Under the pieces are notes generated by a model, which was not told the DNA's origin, ran no database searches, and worked only from the letters and a program-made list of their open reading frames with translations. 64,000 nucleotides of DNA from Alphaproteobacteria bacterium. Lineage in GTDB: Bacteria; Pseudomonadota; Alphaproteobacteria; UBA828. The stretch is taken from the NCBI GenBank assembly GCA_965220745.1, contig CBDCQT010000011.1, forward strand, positions 576,001 through 640,000, read 5' to 3'. Position numbers and translations under genes: made by a program. How positions within the stretch are numbered: position 1 is the stretch's first letter; each line of letters opens with the position of its first letter. Of the stretch, positions 9,555 to 17,850 are shown one piece after another.

Positions 9555-10985
9555 TTAGTCGGGCGCCGCCTTCCAGAAATACTGCCGCATCCCGCGCCGC
9601 TCATCCACATGCTTGATCCTGAAGCGCATGCTCGCCCGCGTGCCGACGTCGAAGCTCTCGGGATCCACCTCCGTGAACTCAACCATGGTGCGCCCGCCGC
9701 CTTCGAATTCGACGAGGCCCGGGTAGGCGGGCGGATCCATGGAGAACACGAGGTGGTCGGCGGTAAAGGTCTTCACCGTGGTCGGCACGTCCGCCATGGG
9801 GTGGGGCTCCTGCGTGTCCTTGGCGCCGCAGTTGGGGTTCACGCAGTAGATCGCCTTCGGGTACTGCACCGTGCCGCAGCGCTTGCAGCGGCCGCCGACG
9901 AAGCCTGTCACGCCCTCCCGGTTGCGGTACTGCGCCGTAAGCGCCGGCGACCGGTCGAGCTCAGCGCGCTTGCCGTACTCGCGCTCGACCACGCCGCAAT
10001 AGGTCAGGAACTTGGCGTAGTTGGTTTCCTCGACCCTGCGCTCCAGCCAGCCGGCGACGCCGCGATTGGGCAGGGCCGCGCCGATCGCGTCCGTCACGCG
10101 AAACACCAGCGCGTCGCAGCCCTGCCCGAACCCCGTGACGACAATCGTCTGCCCTGGCTCAGCACTCGCCAGCTCTGCCGCCAGCATGAGCAGCGGCTGC
10201 GCCGTGCCGCATTGACCGACCGTGCTCATCATCGGGTCGGCGACGGCCTCGGCAGAGATGCCGCACGCCTTGCCGACACCCTCCGGCACCCGCCTCAGGT
10301 GGCAGGGAACGATCAGGCGGTCGACCTCCGAGGGCTCCACACTCGCCTTTGCGAGAGCCCGCGCGATCGCCTGCGGCACCAGCTTCATCCAGCCTTCGTC
10401 GCGAATCCAGCGGTCCTCCCAGGCGTAGTCGTAGGCATCGCCGCTCGCGCGGAAATGGTCGATGAAGTCGGCGGCGACAGTCGCGGACCCCAGCAGCGTC
10501 GCGATCTCTCCCTCGGAGCCCACCCGGAGAGCCGCTGCCCCGTCGCCGGAGAGCATTTCCATCGGGCTGCCGGCGCGGGCCCTGCGTCTCTCGGCCGCCA
10601 CCACGATCGCCTGCGTCCCCGCCGCTGCGGCGTCGAGCGCGCTCATAAGCGCGGTCGTCGAAGCCCGAAGCGAGCCCGCCACGTCCATGGTGCGGAGCTC
10701 GCTCCCGAGATTCAGCGCCTCCGCGACGATGCCGGCGTTCTGGCGGACCGCGAACGGGTGCGTGGTCGATGCGAGGAAAAGCGCCTGGACCGGCGTAGCC
10801 GGGCCCATGTCACGCGCCGCTTCCACGGCCATGGTCACAGTGTCCTCGTCCCAGCTGCACATGGTGCGCTCGCCGCGAGCCAGGCCGCGCAGCGATGCGT
10901 CGAACCAGGTATTGGCGGCAGCAATCGCCGAGCGCTGGAGGCGTCGGCGCGGCAGATAGGCGCCGTAGGCGGTGATGCCGGGCAC
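9555..10985 (-). CDS. HMG-CoA-synthase-like domain fused to Zn-ribbon/OB-fold (DUF35) domain
   Basis: GITAYGAYLP, DEDTVTMAVEAA, GDGAAA, then C-terminal CKRC...CVNPNC and YFWKA. Confidence 0.85.
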   Translation of the reverse strand: MPGITAYGAYLPRRRLQRSAIAAANTWFDASLRGLARGERTMCSWDEDTVTMAVEAARDMGPATPVQALFLASTTHPFAVRQNAGIVAEALNLGSELRTMDVAGSLRASTTALMSALDAAAAGTQAIVVAAERRRARAGSPMEMLSGDGAAALRVGSEGEIATLLGSATVAADFIDHFRASGDAYDYAWEDRWIRDEGWMKLVPQAIARALAKASVEPSEVDRLIVPCHLRRVPEGVGKACGISAEAVADPMMSTVGQCGTAQPLLMLAAELASAEPGQTIVVTGFGQGCDALVFRVTDAIGAALPNRGVAGWLERRVEETNYAKFLTYCGVVEREYGKRAELDRSPALTAQYRNREGVTGFVGGRCKRCGTVQYPKAIYCVNPNCGAKDTQEPHPMADVPTTVKTFTADHLVFSMDPPAYPGLVEFEGGGRTMVEFTEVDPESFDVGTRASMRFRIKHVDERRGMRQYFWKAAPD

Positions 10986-11075
10986 GCAGGAACTCCGGAG
11001 TTGAGCGGATACGCGACCTAGGGGCGGGGCATACTACACGGTCGCACCGGCAAGGCTAATCGGCCGGCAACCCAT

Positions 11076-11786
11076 TCAGAGGCCGAGGTAGGCCGCTCTG
11101 ACGTTGTCGTCCTTGATGAGTTCGTTGGCTGGCCCCTGGAGCACGAGCGAGCCCTGCTCCAGCACGTAGCCGTGGGAGGCGACGCTCAGCGCCAGCGCGG
11201 CATTCTGCTCCACCAGAACCACGCCGACGTTCTCGTCGACCGTGAGCACGCGGAGCGTCTCCATGATCCTCTGCTCGATCACCGGCGCAAGGCCGATGGA
11301 GGGCTCGTCCAGCAGCAGCAGCTTGGGGTCGGACATGAGCGCGCGGCCGAAGGCCAGCATCTGCTGCTCGCCGCCGCTCAGATCGCGCGCCAACTGGCGT
11401 CTGCGGTCCTTGAGAATGGGGAAGTGCTGGTAAATGCGGTCCAAGTCGCGGCGGATGGCCTTCCTGTCCTTACGCAGGTAGGCGCCCACCATCAAGTTGT
11501 CGTAGACGCTGATGCGCGGGAAGAGCTCGCGCCCCTCCGGCACGTGGGAGATTCCCATGCGCACGATGGCGGTGGGCGAGGCCGCGTCGATCCGCTCGCC
11601 GAGAAAGCGAATCTCGCCGGATTCCGGCCGGATCAAGCCCGAGATGGTCTTGAGCAGGGTCGTCTTGCCAGCACCGTTGCTGCCGACGATGGTCGTGATC
11701 GTCCTCTCTTCCGCCGAGATCGACACCTCCGAGAGCGCCGAGATCAGGTCGTACTTGACCGTCAGTTCCTGGGTCTCAAGCATCAT
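11076..11786 (-). CDS. Liv-type ABC transporter ATP-binding protein (LivF-like)
   Basis: GSNGAGKTT, VPEGRELF, LSGGEQQM, LLDEP. Confidence 0.92.
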   Translation of the reverse strand: MMLETQELTVKYDLISALSEVSISAEERTITTIVGSNGAGKTTLLKTISGLIRPESGEIRFLGERIDAASPTAIVRMGISHVPEGRELFPRISVYDNLMVGAYLRKDRKAIRRDLDRIYQHFPILKDRRRQLARDLSGGEQQMLAFGRALMSDPKLLLLDEPSIGLAPVIEQRIMETLRVLTVDENVGVVLVEQNAALALSVASHGYVLEQGSLVLQGPANELIKDDNVRAAYLGL

Positions 11787-12546
11787 GGCGCGACTGCTTC
11801 CCGAGATAGGCCTCGATGACGGCCGGGTTGCTGGTCACCTCGTCCGCCGTGCCCTCGGCGATCTTCTCGCCGAAGTCGATCACGGTGATGAGCTCGCAGA
11901 CGCTGAGCACGGAGCGCACGTCGTGCTCGACCAGGAGTATCGTGATGCCGTGGTCACGCAGGCTCGCGATCTTCTGGGCGACACTGATCTTCTCGGTCGG
12001 GTTGAGGCCGGCAAGCGGCTCGTCCAGCATCAAGAGCGTCGGCCGCACCGCGAGCGCGGTGGCGATCGAGAGCACCCGCTGCATGCCGGCGGGCAGCAGG
12101 CGCGCGGTCGTCTCCGCATCGTCCGAGAGCGCCATGAAGTCCAGGATCCACTCGGTGCTCTCATCCACGCTTTCGAAATGAGGCAGATTCTCGAGGGAAG
12201 GCCGCGGCCTCGCCCCCCGGCGCCCGGAATGGACGTGATGGCCCATCGCCACGTTCTCGCGCACCGTCATTTCACGGTAGATGCTGGTGAGCTGGAAGGT
12301 GCGGACGAGCCCGCGCTTGGCGATCTGGTGCGGACGCTTGCCCTTGATCGAGTGGCCCTGGAAGCGCACGTCGCCGGAAGTAGGCTTTAGGAATCCGCTG
12401 ATGAGGTGGAACATCGTGGTCTTGCCGGAGCCGTTCGGCCCGATGAGACCCCGAATCTGCCCCTCCGGAATCTCGAAGGAGATCCCCTTCACCGCGGCCA
12501 GCTTGCCGAAGCGCTTGGCGACGTTATCGACTTCGAGGATCGCCAT
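11776..12546 (-). CDS. Liv-type ABC transporter ATP-binding protein (LivG-like)
   Basis: GPNGSGKTT, RTFQ, LDEP, VEHD, VIEAYLG. Confidence 0.92.
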   Translation of the reverse strand: MAILEVDNVAKRFGKLAAVKGISFEIPEGQIRGLIGPNGSGKTTMFHLISGFLKPTSGDVRFQGHSIKGKRPHQIAKRGLVRTFQLTSIYREMTVRENVAMGHHVHSGRRGARPRPSLENLPHFESVDESTEWILDFMALSDDAETTARLLPAGMQRVLSIATALAVRPTLLMLDEPLAGLNPTEKISVAQKIASLRDHGITILLVEHDVRSVLSVCELITVIDFGEKIAEGTADEVTSNPAVIEAYLGKQSRHDA

Positions 12547-12549
12547 CGC

Positions 12550-13575
12550 TCACCGCCCCTGCCGGGCCCCGTCCGGCGGTCGGTCGCCCCGGCTCCTCCA
12601 CCAGCGACGCGCGCGCCGCACGAGCCGGATGATGACCATCTCCAGGCCGCCCTCCGCCAGCAGGATCACACCGAGGACGCTGACGCCCCAGAGCAGCGGA
12701 ATCCACTGCGTGAAGTCCCGGAACACCTCTTCCAACACGGTCAGATAGAGCAGGCCGACCAGCGGCCCCCAGAAGGTGGTGATGCCGCCGACGATGGCCG
12801 CCGCCACCAGCTTGAACATGAGAACCGCGCTGAAATCCAACGGATTGATCAACCCGTTGAAGTTCGCGTAAAGCACGCCGCTGAAGCCCGCGACCACCGA
12901 ACCCATGACGAAGGGGAGTGTCCTGAGCGCCCACGTGTTGATGCCGATGGATTCGGAAAGCTCCTCATTGGCGGCGACCGCCTTGATCGTGTGGCCGAGG
13001 CGCGAGAGGTCGAAGCGGTAAAGCAGGAGGCCAACGACCACGGCAAGCGCCAATGCCAGATAGTAGAAGCCGACGCTGTTGCCGAAATCCATCCCCAGGA
13101 TGGGCTCGGGCCGCGGGATGAACGAGATGCCGTAGGTGCCGCCAGTGATCCCGCTGAACTGCACGTAGCACTGGCGCAGCGCTTCGCCCGCCGCAAAGGT
13201 GCTCAGGAAGAAGTAGTAGTGCCGAGTGCGCAGCACCGGATAGGCGATGATCATCGCGAAGGCGCCGGCGATCAGCGCGCCGAGGAAGAACGTCGCCCAG
13301 AACGACCAGGGCGTCTCCAGCGTCGTGAGGATCGCCGTCGTGTAGGCGCCGAGGCCCGCCGTTGATATATGCGCGAACGACCAGCCGCCCATGGTCGTGA
13401 TCAGCCGGTAACCCATCAACGAGACCGCGTTGATGGTGAAGAGCACCAGCACGCTCTGCCAGTAGACCGAGAGCGCGTGGGGCAGCGCCACCAGCAGCGG
13501 CAGCGCGATGCCGGTGCCGATGCAGGCCCGCAGGAAAATCCTGTTGGCCTGTCGGTTGGCGGCGCGGTTGATCAT
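12550..13575 (-). CDS. Liv-type ABC permease (LivM-like)
   Basis: Multi-TM protein with SFAH, TGGTYGI and IVGG..TFWGP. Confidence 0.88.
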   Translation of the reverse strand: MINRAANRQANRIFLRACIGTGIALPLLVALPHALSVYWQSVLVLFTINAVSLMGYRLITTMGGWSFAHISTAGLGAYTTAILTTLETPWSFWATFFLGALIAGAFAMIIAYPVLRTRHYYFFLSTFAAGEALRQCYVQFSGITGGTYGISFIPRPEPILGMDFGNSVGFYYLALALAVVVGLLLYRFDLSRLGHTIKAVAANEELSESIGINTWALRTLPFVMGSVVAGFSGVLYANFNGLINPLDFSAVLMFKLVAAAIVGGITTFWGPLVGLLYLTVLEEVFRDFTQWIPLLWGVSVLGVILLAEGGLEMVIIRLVRRARRWWRSRGDRPPDGARQGR

Positions 13576-14435
13576 TCGCGCGCCCCGAGCAGCCCGCTCG
13601 GCAGGAAGGAAAGCACCAGCAGCATGATGATGGCGTCGACCATGGGCGCGAATTTGCCCGCGCCGAACGTCGTCATCAGCGTGTCGATGATGCCGAACAG
13701 GAAGGCGGCGACCACGGCGCCGGACAGGCTGCCGATGCCGCCCACGATGATGATGATGAAGGCGCGCCAGAGCGCCTCGCCGCCCATGAACGGGCTGATG
13801 ATGAGCACGCTACCCATGAGCACGCCGGAAATTGCCGCCAGCGCCGAGCCCACGAACATGGTCGTGAGCGCGATATGGTTCATGCTGATGCCCTGCAGCA
13901 TGGCGCCGGTTCGGTTCTGCGCGGTCGCGCGGACGGCGCGCCCGAGATCGGTGTGCATCAGGAAGAGATAGAGCCCGCCCATCATCACGACGGTGAAGCC
14001 GAAGACCACCAGCCGTTGGATCGGCAGGACCATGCCCTCGAACAGGATGAAGCCCGGGAACGGCGCCGGGACAGACTGCCCCATTGGGCCGATGGCCTTC
14101 ACCACCGCCACCTGTAGGACATAGGAGAGCCCGAGCGTCGCCATGAATATCGAGAAGGGCTGCTCCCGCAATCGATGGAAGATCGAGAGCTGGACCAGGA
14201 TCCCGAGTATGCCGACCACGCCTGCGGCGACGATCAGCGCGACAATGAAGGTCGCACCCGGAGGCAGGATGCCGGTGAAGGCGTTGATCAACAGCCAGAG
14301 CGCGTAGCCGCCGAACATGTAGAACTCGCCATGCGCGAAGTTGATGGTGCGCATGACGCCGAAGACGAGCGCGAGCCCGACCGCGAAGGACACGTAGAAG
14401 GTGCTGAGAAAGATGATGTTGGCGACGATTTGCAT
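13572..14435 (-). CDS. Liv-type ABC permease (LivH-like)
   Basis: GLALVFGVMRTINFAHGEFYM, GRAVRATAQN, IIVGGIGS. Confidence 0.9.
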   Translation of the reverse strand: MQIVANIIFLSTFYVSFAVGLALVFGVMRTINFAHGEFYMFGGYALWLLINAFTGILPPGATFIVALIVAAGVVGILGILVQLSIFHRLREQPFSIFMATLGLSYVLQVAVVKAIGPMGQSVPAPFPGFILFEGMVLPIQRLVVFGFTVVMMGGLYLFLMHTDLGRAVRATAQNRTGAMLQGISMNHIALTTMFVGSALAAISGVLMGSVLIISPFMGGEALWRAFIIIIVGGIGSLSGAVVAAFLFGIIDTLMTTFGAGKFAPMVDAIIMLLVLSFLPSGLLGARE

Positions 14436-14541
14436 GTCGTCTTGGCCGCTACGCCCGCCTAAGTCTTAGCACCGTCGCCGCGCGGCAGGGCCGAGCGGGC
14501 CAGCCGCTCGCCGTATGCGCCTGCCTGGTATCGAAAATGGA

Positions 14542-14583
14542 CGGGCCGGGAACGACGCCGCACGCGACGCGCTTCCCGGCCCG
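14542..14583 (-). terminator. Stem-loop after the substrate-binding protein gene (partial terminator or mRNA stabiliser)
   Basis: 11-bp inverted repeat CGGGCCGGGAA...TTCCCGGCCCG, followed on the minus strand by TCCATTTT. Confidence 0.5.
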
Positions 14584-14605
14584 CAAAACCAGCCGCTGGA
14601 GCGGC

Positions 14606-15895
14606 CTATCTGAATACTTGACCGCCTGCCTCGAGCACGGGCAGGGCAACGGCCATGTGCTGCTCCCACCACGCGGCGTGGTCGAGGAGATGGTCGAGCA
14701 CCAGGTTGCCGTCGGCACCGAGGTTGTAGATCGGCAGCGGCGTCAGCAGGTGGTTGTTGGCGCCATAGATCTCCTCACCACCCCAACGCGAGGGACCGAA
14801 GATCGGGTGATCGACGACCTCCGCGCCGAGCAAGGTCTTCATCACGACCTCGGAGTCGATGCTGGGCGACATCCTGATGCCGGCCTCGATCGTGCCGATC
14901 GCGGCATAGCCGATCGGGGTGTAGGGCGACCACTGGTCTTCGCCAAACTGCTCCACGTAAGTGGTGTAGAGCTCGTGGCCCTTGGGGCTGAAGGACGCCT
15001 CGGAGGCTTCGAAGGCGTAGCCGAAGTACATCCGCCCGGCGAGCACCTCGGCGGGCACCCGCTTCAGGATGATCGGCATGGTGAAGCCTTCGGCGCAGTA
15101 GACGCCCTTGAAGCCGAGCTGCTCGACGGTCTCCACCATGATGGCGAGCTGCGCCGGCACGAAGCCGAGCTGACAGATCATGTCCGGCTCGGATGCCATG
15201 AGCGGCGTCAGCAGGCCGAGCATGTCCTTGGTGGCGTCAGGCGAATAGCTCTCGTTGTAGACGATCTCCGCCTGGTCCGGGTGCGCCGCGACGCCGGCCT
15301 CGAAATAGGCCTTGGCCGCGAGACCGTAGGACGCGTCCGCCGTGATGATCGCGACCCGCTTCACATCCGGGTTGGCGGTGAGCGCGCGGCTTGCGACCAG
15401 CATGTAGGCCGCCGGCGAGCCGGTGATGCCGCCGATCAGGTACGGATGATCCTTGCTCAGATAACCCGCGCCGTAGGACGTGGTGAGCACGTGGTGGTCG
15501 GTGGTCATCTGGGCGATCGCCTGCCGGCTGCCCGGTGTGAAGGTCTGCAGCATGAACTTGATGCCGTCGTCCAGAATGGCGCGACGGCCGGCCTTCAGCT
15601 CCTCGCCCGGGATGTAGCAGACGTTGTCGTACGCCTTGATCTCGATCATGTAGCGCTTGCCGTCGCCGGCGAGCAGACCGCCCTCGGCGTTGAGCTGATC
15701 CGCCCAGATCTGCATGCCACGGGTGATGGGAATCCCCCATTGCCCGCAATCGCCGGCCTGCGGCTGGATCGCACCGACTTGGAGCGTCTCCTGTGCCGAT
15801 GCCGTTTCGGTGGTGGCTGTTACGGCCATGCCCAAAGCGGCCGCACCGGCAACTGCCGACAATGCTAGCCTGGGAATGCCCCTAGTGTTCCTCAT
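14606..15895 (-). CDS. ABC substrate-binding protein, LivK/PBP type 1 family
   Basis: Signal peptide ending ASA-Q, then LQVGAIQP..G and QLNAEGGL. First gene of the Liv-type operon; AGGGAG RBS supports start 15895. Confidence 0.85.
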   Translation of the reverse strand: MRNTRGIPRLALSAVAGAAALGMAVTATTETASAQETLQVGAIQPQAGDCGQWGIPITRGMQIWADQLNAEGGLLAGDGKRYMIEIKAYDNVCYIPGEELKAGRRAILDDGIKFMLQTFTPGSRQAIAQMTTDHHVLTTSYGAGYLSKDHPYLIGGITGSPAAYMLVASRALTANPDVKRVAIITADASYGLAAKAYFEAGVAAHPDQAEIVYNESYSPDATKDMLGLLTPLMASEPDMICQLGFVPAQLAIMVETVEQLGFKGVYCAEGFTMPIILKRVPAEVLAGRMYFGYAFEASEASFSPKGHELYTTYVEQFGEDQWSPYTPIGYAAIGTIEAGIRMSPSIDSEVVMKTLLGAEVVDHPIFGPSRWGGEEIYGANNHLLTPLPIYNLGADGNLVLDHLLDHAAWWEQHMAVALPVLEAGGQVFR

Positions 15896-15930
15896 AGTTC
15901 CCATCTCCCTACGTGTCAGAACCGCCATCG

Positions 15931-15959
15931 CTTTTAGAGACATTGCCCAGCCCCGTCAA
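15931..15959 (-). promoter_or_regulatory. Putative sigma70-type promoter of the ABC importer operon
   Basis: TTGACG-N17-TAAAAG on the minus strand, about 35 nt upstream of the SBP start. Confidence 0.45.
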
Positions 15960-16021
15960 TCGACGGCGGTTGAACCGGCGGCGCGTTCATGGGATGGAGA
16001 TTGGCGGCGATGGGGAAGGGG

Positions 16022-16657
16022 ATGAGCCGGGGCACAGAGAGCGAATTCAGTCTCCGCCTCATGACGGCGGACGATATTGGGCGGGTGCCGATCGGCTGCC
16101 AGGGCGGCGAAGCGGCGCTCAGGGCGCGGATCGCCGACGTAGGCTCCGCCGCCGTCCTCGCCTTCGACGGCATCCAGCACGTGGCGCAGCTCCAGTTCCG
16201 TCGTTACGACCGTGAGTGCCGCTCGCCCAACGGCCTGTGGGACCCGCTCTACTGGGGTGAGTTCGGCGACGCCGCGCCCGCTCTGCCCGCCGATAGCCTC
16301 TCGATCTTCTGTTATCACGTGGGCCAGCTCGACGATTCGGAGCACCGGGATGCGCGCTACCAGGGCCGGGGCCTCGGCGTGGCACTTTTGGATTATCTGC
16401 TCGATTGGGCCGTTGGCGCGGGCTTCGCGGCGGTAACGGCGAAGGCGACGCCCTCGCACCGGGCGGTGATGGGCTTCATGGGCGGCCAGCCAGCGAGCAT
16501 CTATGAGGGGCGCGGCTTCGCGACCGAGGCGAGCTGGATTGACAGGCAATTGCTCGATGTGGTCCATGAGAAGGCGCTGGTGCCCGAGGGGACCGCGCCC
16601 GATGTCGCGGCGCGCGTCAGTCTGTGCGTGAAGCATCTCGCGGCGAAAGCCGAATAG
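16022..16657 (+). CDS. GNAT-like acetyltransferase / hypothetical protein
   Basis: Acetyl-CoA-binding-like motif RYQGRGLGVALL and IYEGRGF. Start uncertain (15989-16061). Confidence 0.6.
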   Translation: MSRGTESEFSLRLMTADDIGRVPIGCQGGEAALRARIADVGSAAVLAFDGIQHVAQLQFRRYDRECRSPNGLWDPLYWGEFGDAAPALPADSLSIFCYHVGQLDDSEHRDARYQGRGLGVALLDYLLDWAVGAGFAAVTAKATPSHRAVMGFMGGQPASIYEGRGFATEASWIDRQLLDVVHEKALVPEGTAPDVAARVSLCVKHLAAKAE

Positions 16658-16671
16658 TTCGGGGGAGGGGT

Positions 16672-17433
16672 ATGTCCAAGGTCATGATCGTTACGGGCGG
16701 CAGCCGCGGGATCGGCGCCGCCATTGCGCGGCTCGCCGGCACCAAGGGCTACGATGTCGCCGTCAACTACGCCCAGGCCAAGGATCGAGCGGAAGAGGTC
16801 GCGGCCGATATCGAGAAGACCGGCCAACGCGCCATCGCCGTCCAGGCCGACATGGGCAAGGAAGACAACATCCTGCGGATGCTGGAAACGGTCGACAACG
16901 AGCTCGGGCCGGTCTCCGCCATCGTCAACAACGCCGCGATCGACTACGAGACGTTGATCCCCGACATGACGTTGGAGGGGCTGGAACGCGTCTTCGCCAT
17001 CAACGTCTTCGGCCTCTTCGTCATCGCGCGCGAGGCCGTCACGCGCATGTCCACCAAGCACGGCGGCGACGGCGGCTCCATCGTGAACGTGGGCTCCATC
17101 TCGGCCCGCTATGGCGGTCTGCCGAGCGATGTTCCCTACGCGTCCTCCAAGGGCGCCGTGGATTCCTTTACCAAGGGCCTGGCCCACGAATATGCTGAGC
17201 ACGGCATCCGCGTGAACTGCGTGCGCCCCGGCCTCATCCTCACCGACATCTGGGAGCGTTCCATCGGGCCCGAGGCCGCCATCGCGCTCGGCAAGACCGG
17301 CTCGATGCTCAAGCGGATCGGCCAGCCCGAGGAAATCGCCACCATGGTACTGTGGCTCTGCTCGGACGAGGCCTCCTACGTCACCGCGGCGATCTACGAT
17401 GTCGACGGTGGGCGTGGCAACAGGCCGGCATGA
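16672..17433 (+). CDS. SDR family oxidoreductase
   Basis: TGGSRGIG, NNAA, YASSK, IRVNCVRPG, DVDGG. GGAGG RBS. Confidence 0.92.
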   Translation: MSKVMIVTGGSRGIGAAIARLAGTKGYDVAVNYAQAKDRAEEVAADIEKTGQRAIAVQADMGKEDNILRMLETVDNELGPVSAIVNNAAIDYETLIPDMTLEGLERVFAINVFGLFVIAREAVTRMSTKHGGDGGSIVNVGSISARYGGLPSDVPYASSKGAVDSFTKGLAHEYAEHGIRVNCVRPGLILTDIWERSIGPEAAIALGKTGSMLKRIGQPEEIATMVLWLCSDEASYVTAAIYDVDGGRGNRPA

Positions 17434-17482
17434 GCGGAGCGCGCGCGGGTAACGAACGACCGTTTACGTTGGGAGGGAGCCG

Positions 17483-17821
17483 ATGAGCGGCATCAAGGTT
17501 ATGAGTTTGGGCGACGCGGAGGTTTACGAGGACGAGACCGTCATCAGCCGTCGCCTCGTCCGCCGCGCGCACGGGTCGGAAGAAATGTCGCTCAACGTCT
17601 CGACCCTGATGGAAGGCATGGAAGATCCGGACTGCGTCTATGCCGACTACGACGAGATCGTCTATGTCCTGAGCGGCACCGCGGAGTTGACCATCGACGG
17701 CGAAACGCAGACGGTGGGCAAGGGAACCGCCTTCTACGTCCCGCGCGGGGCCTCCTACGGCTACAAGGTGATCGAGGGACCCAATGACGTGATCGCGGTG
17801 TTCACGCCGGCCAAGACCTAG
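17483..17821 (+). CDS. Cupin-domain protein
   Basis: EIVYVLSG...TIDGE...G.AFYVPRG cupin pattern. The usual metal-binding His residues appear replaced. Confidence 0.8.
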   Translation: MSGIKVMSLGDAEVYEDETVISRRLVRRAHGSEEMSLNVSTLMEGMEDPDCVYADYDEIVYVLSGTAELTIDGETQTVGKGTAFYVPRGASYGYKVIEGPNDVIAVFTPAKT

Positions 17822-17850
17822 CGATGCCGCACGAGGCGGGAGGAAAGCGA

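Noticed and set aside
14448-14460. 13-nt match (GCTACGCCCGCCT) to the 5' end of tRNA-Gly, a possible att site
   Set aside because: Short and GC-rich, at the 5' rather than the 3' end of the tRNA, and no integrase is present.
14466-14473. TTAGCAC here and near 33697, resembling a CIRCE half-site
   Set aside because: No matching second arm. More likely -10 regions (GCTAAG) of minus-strand promoters.
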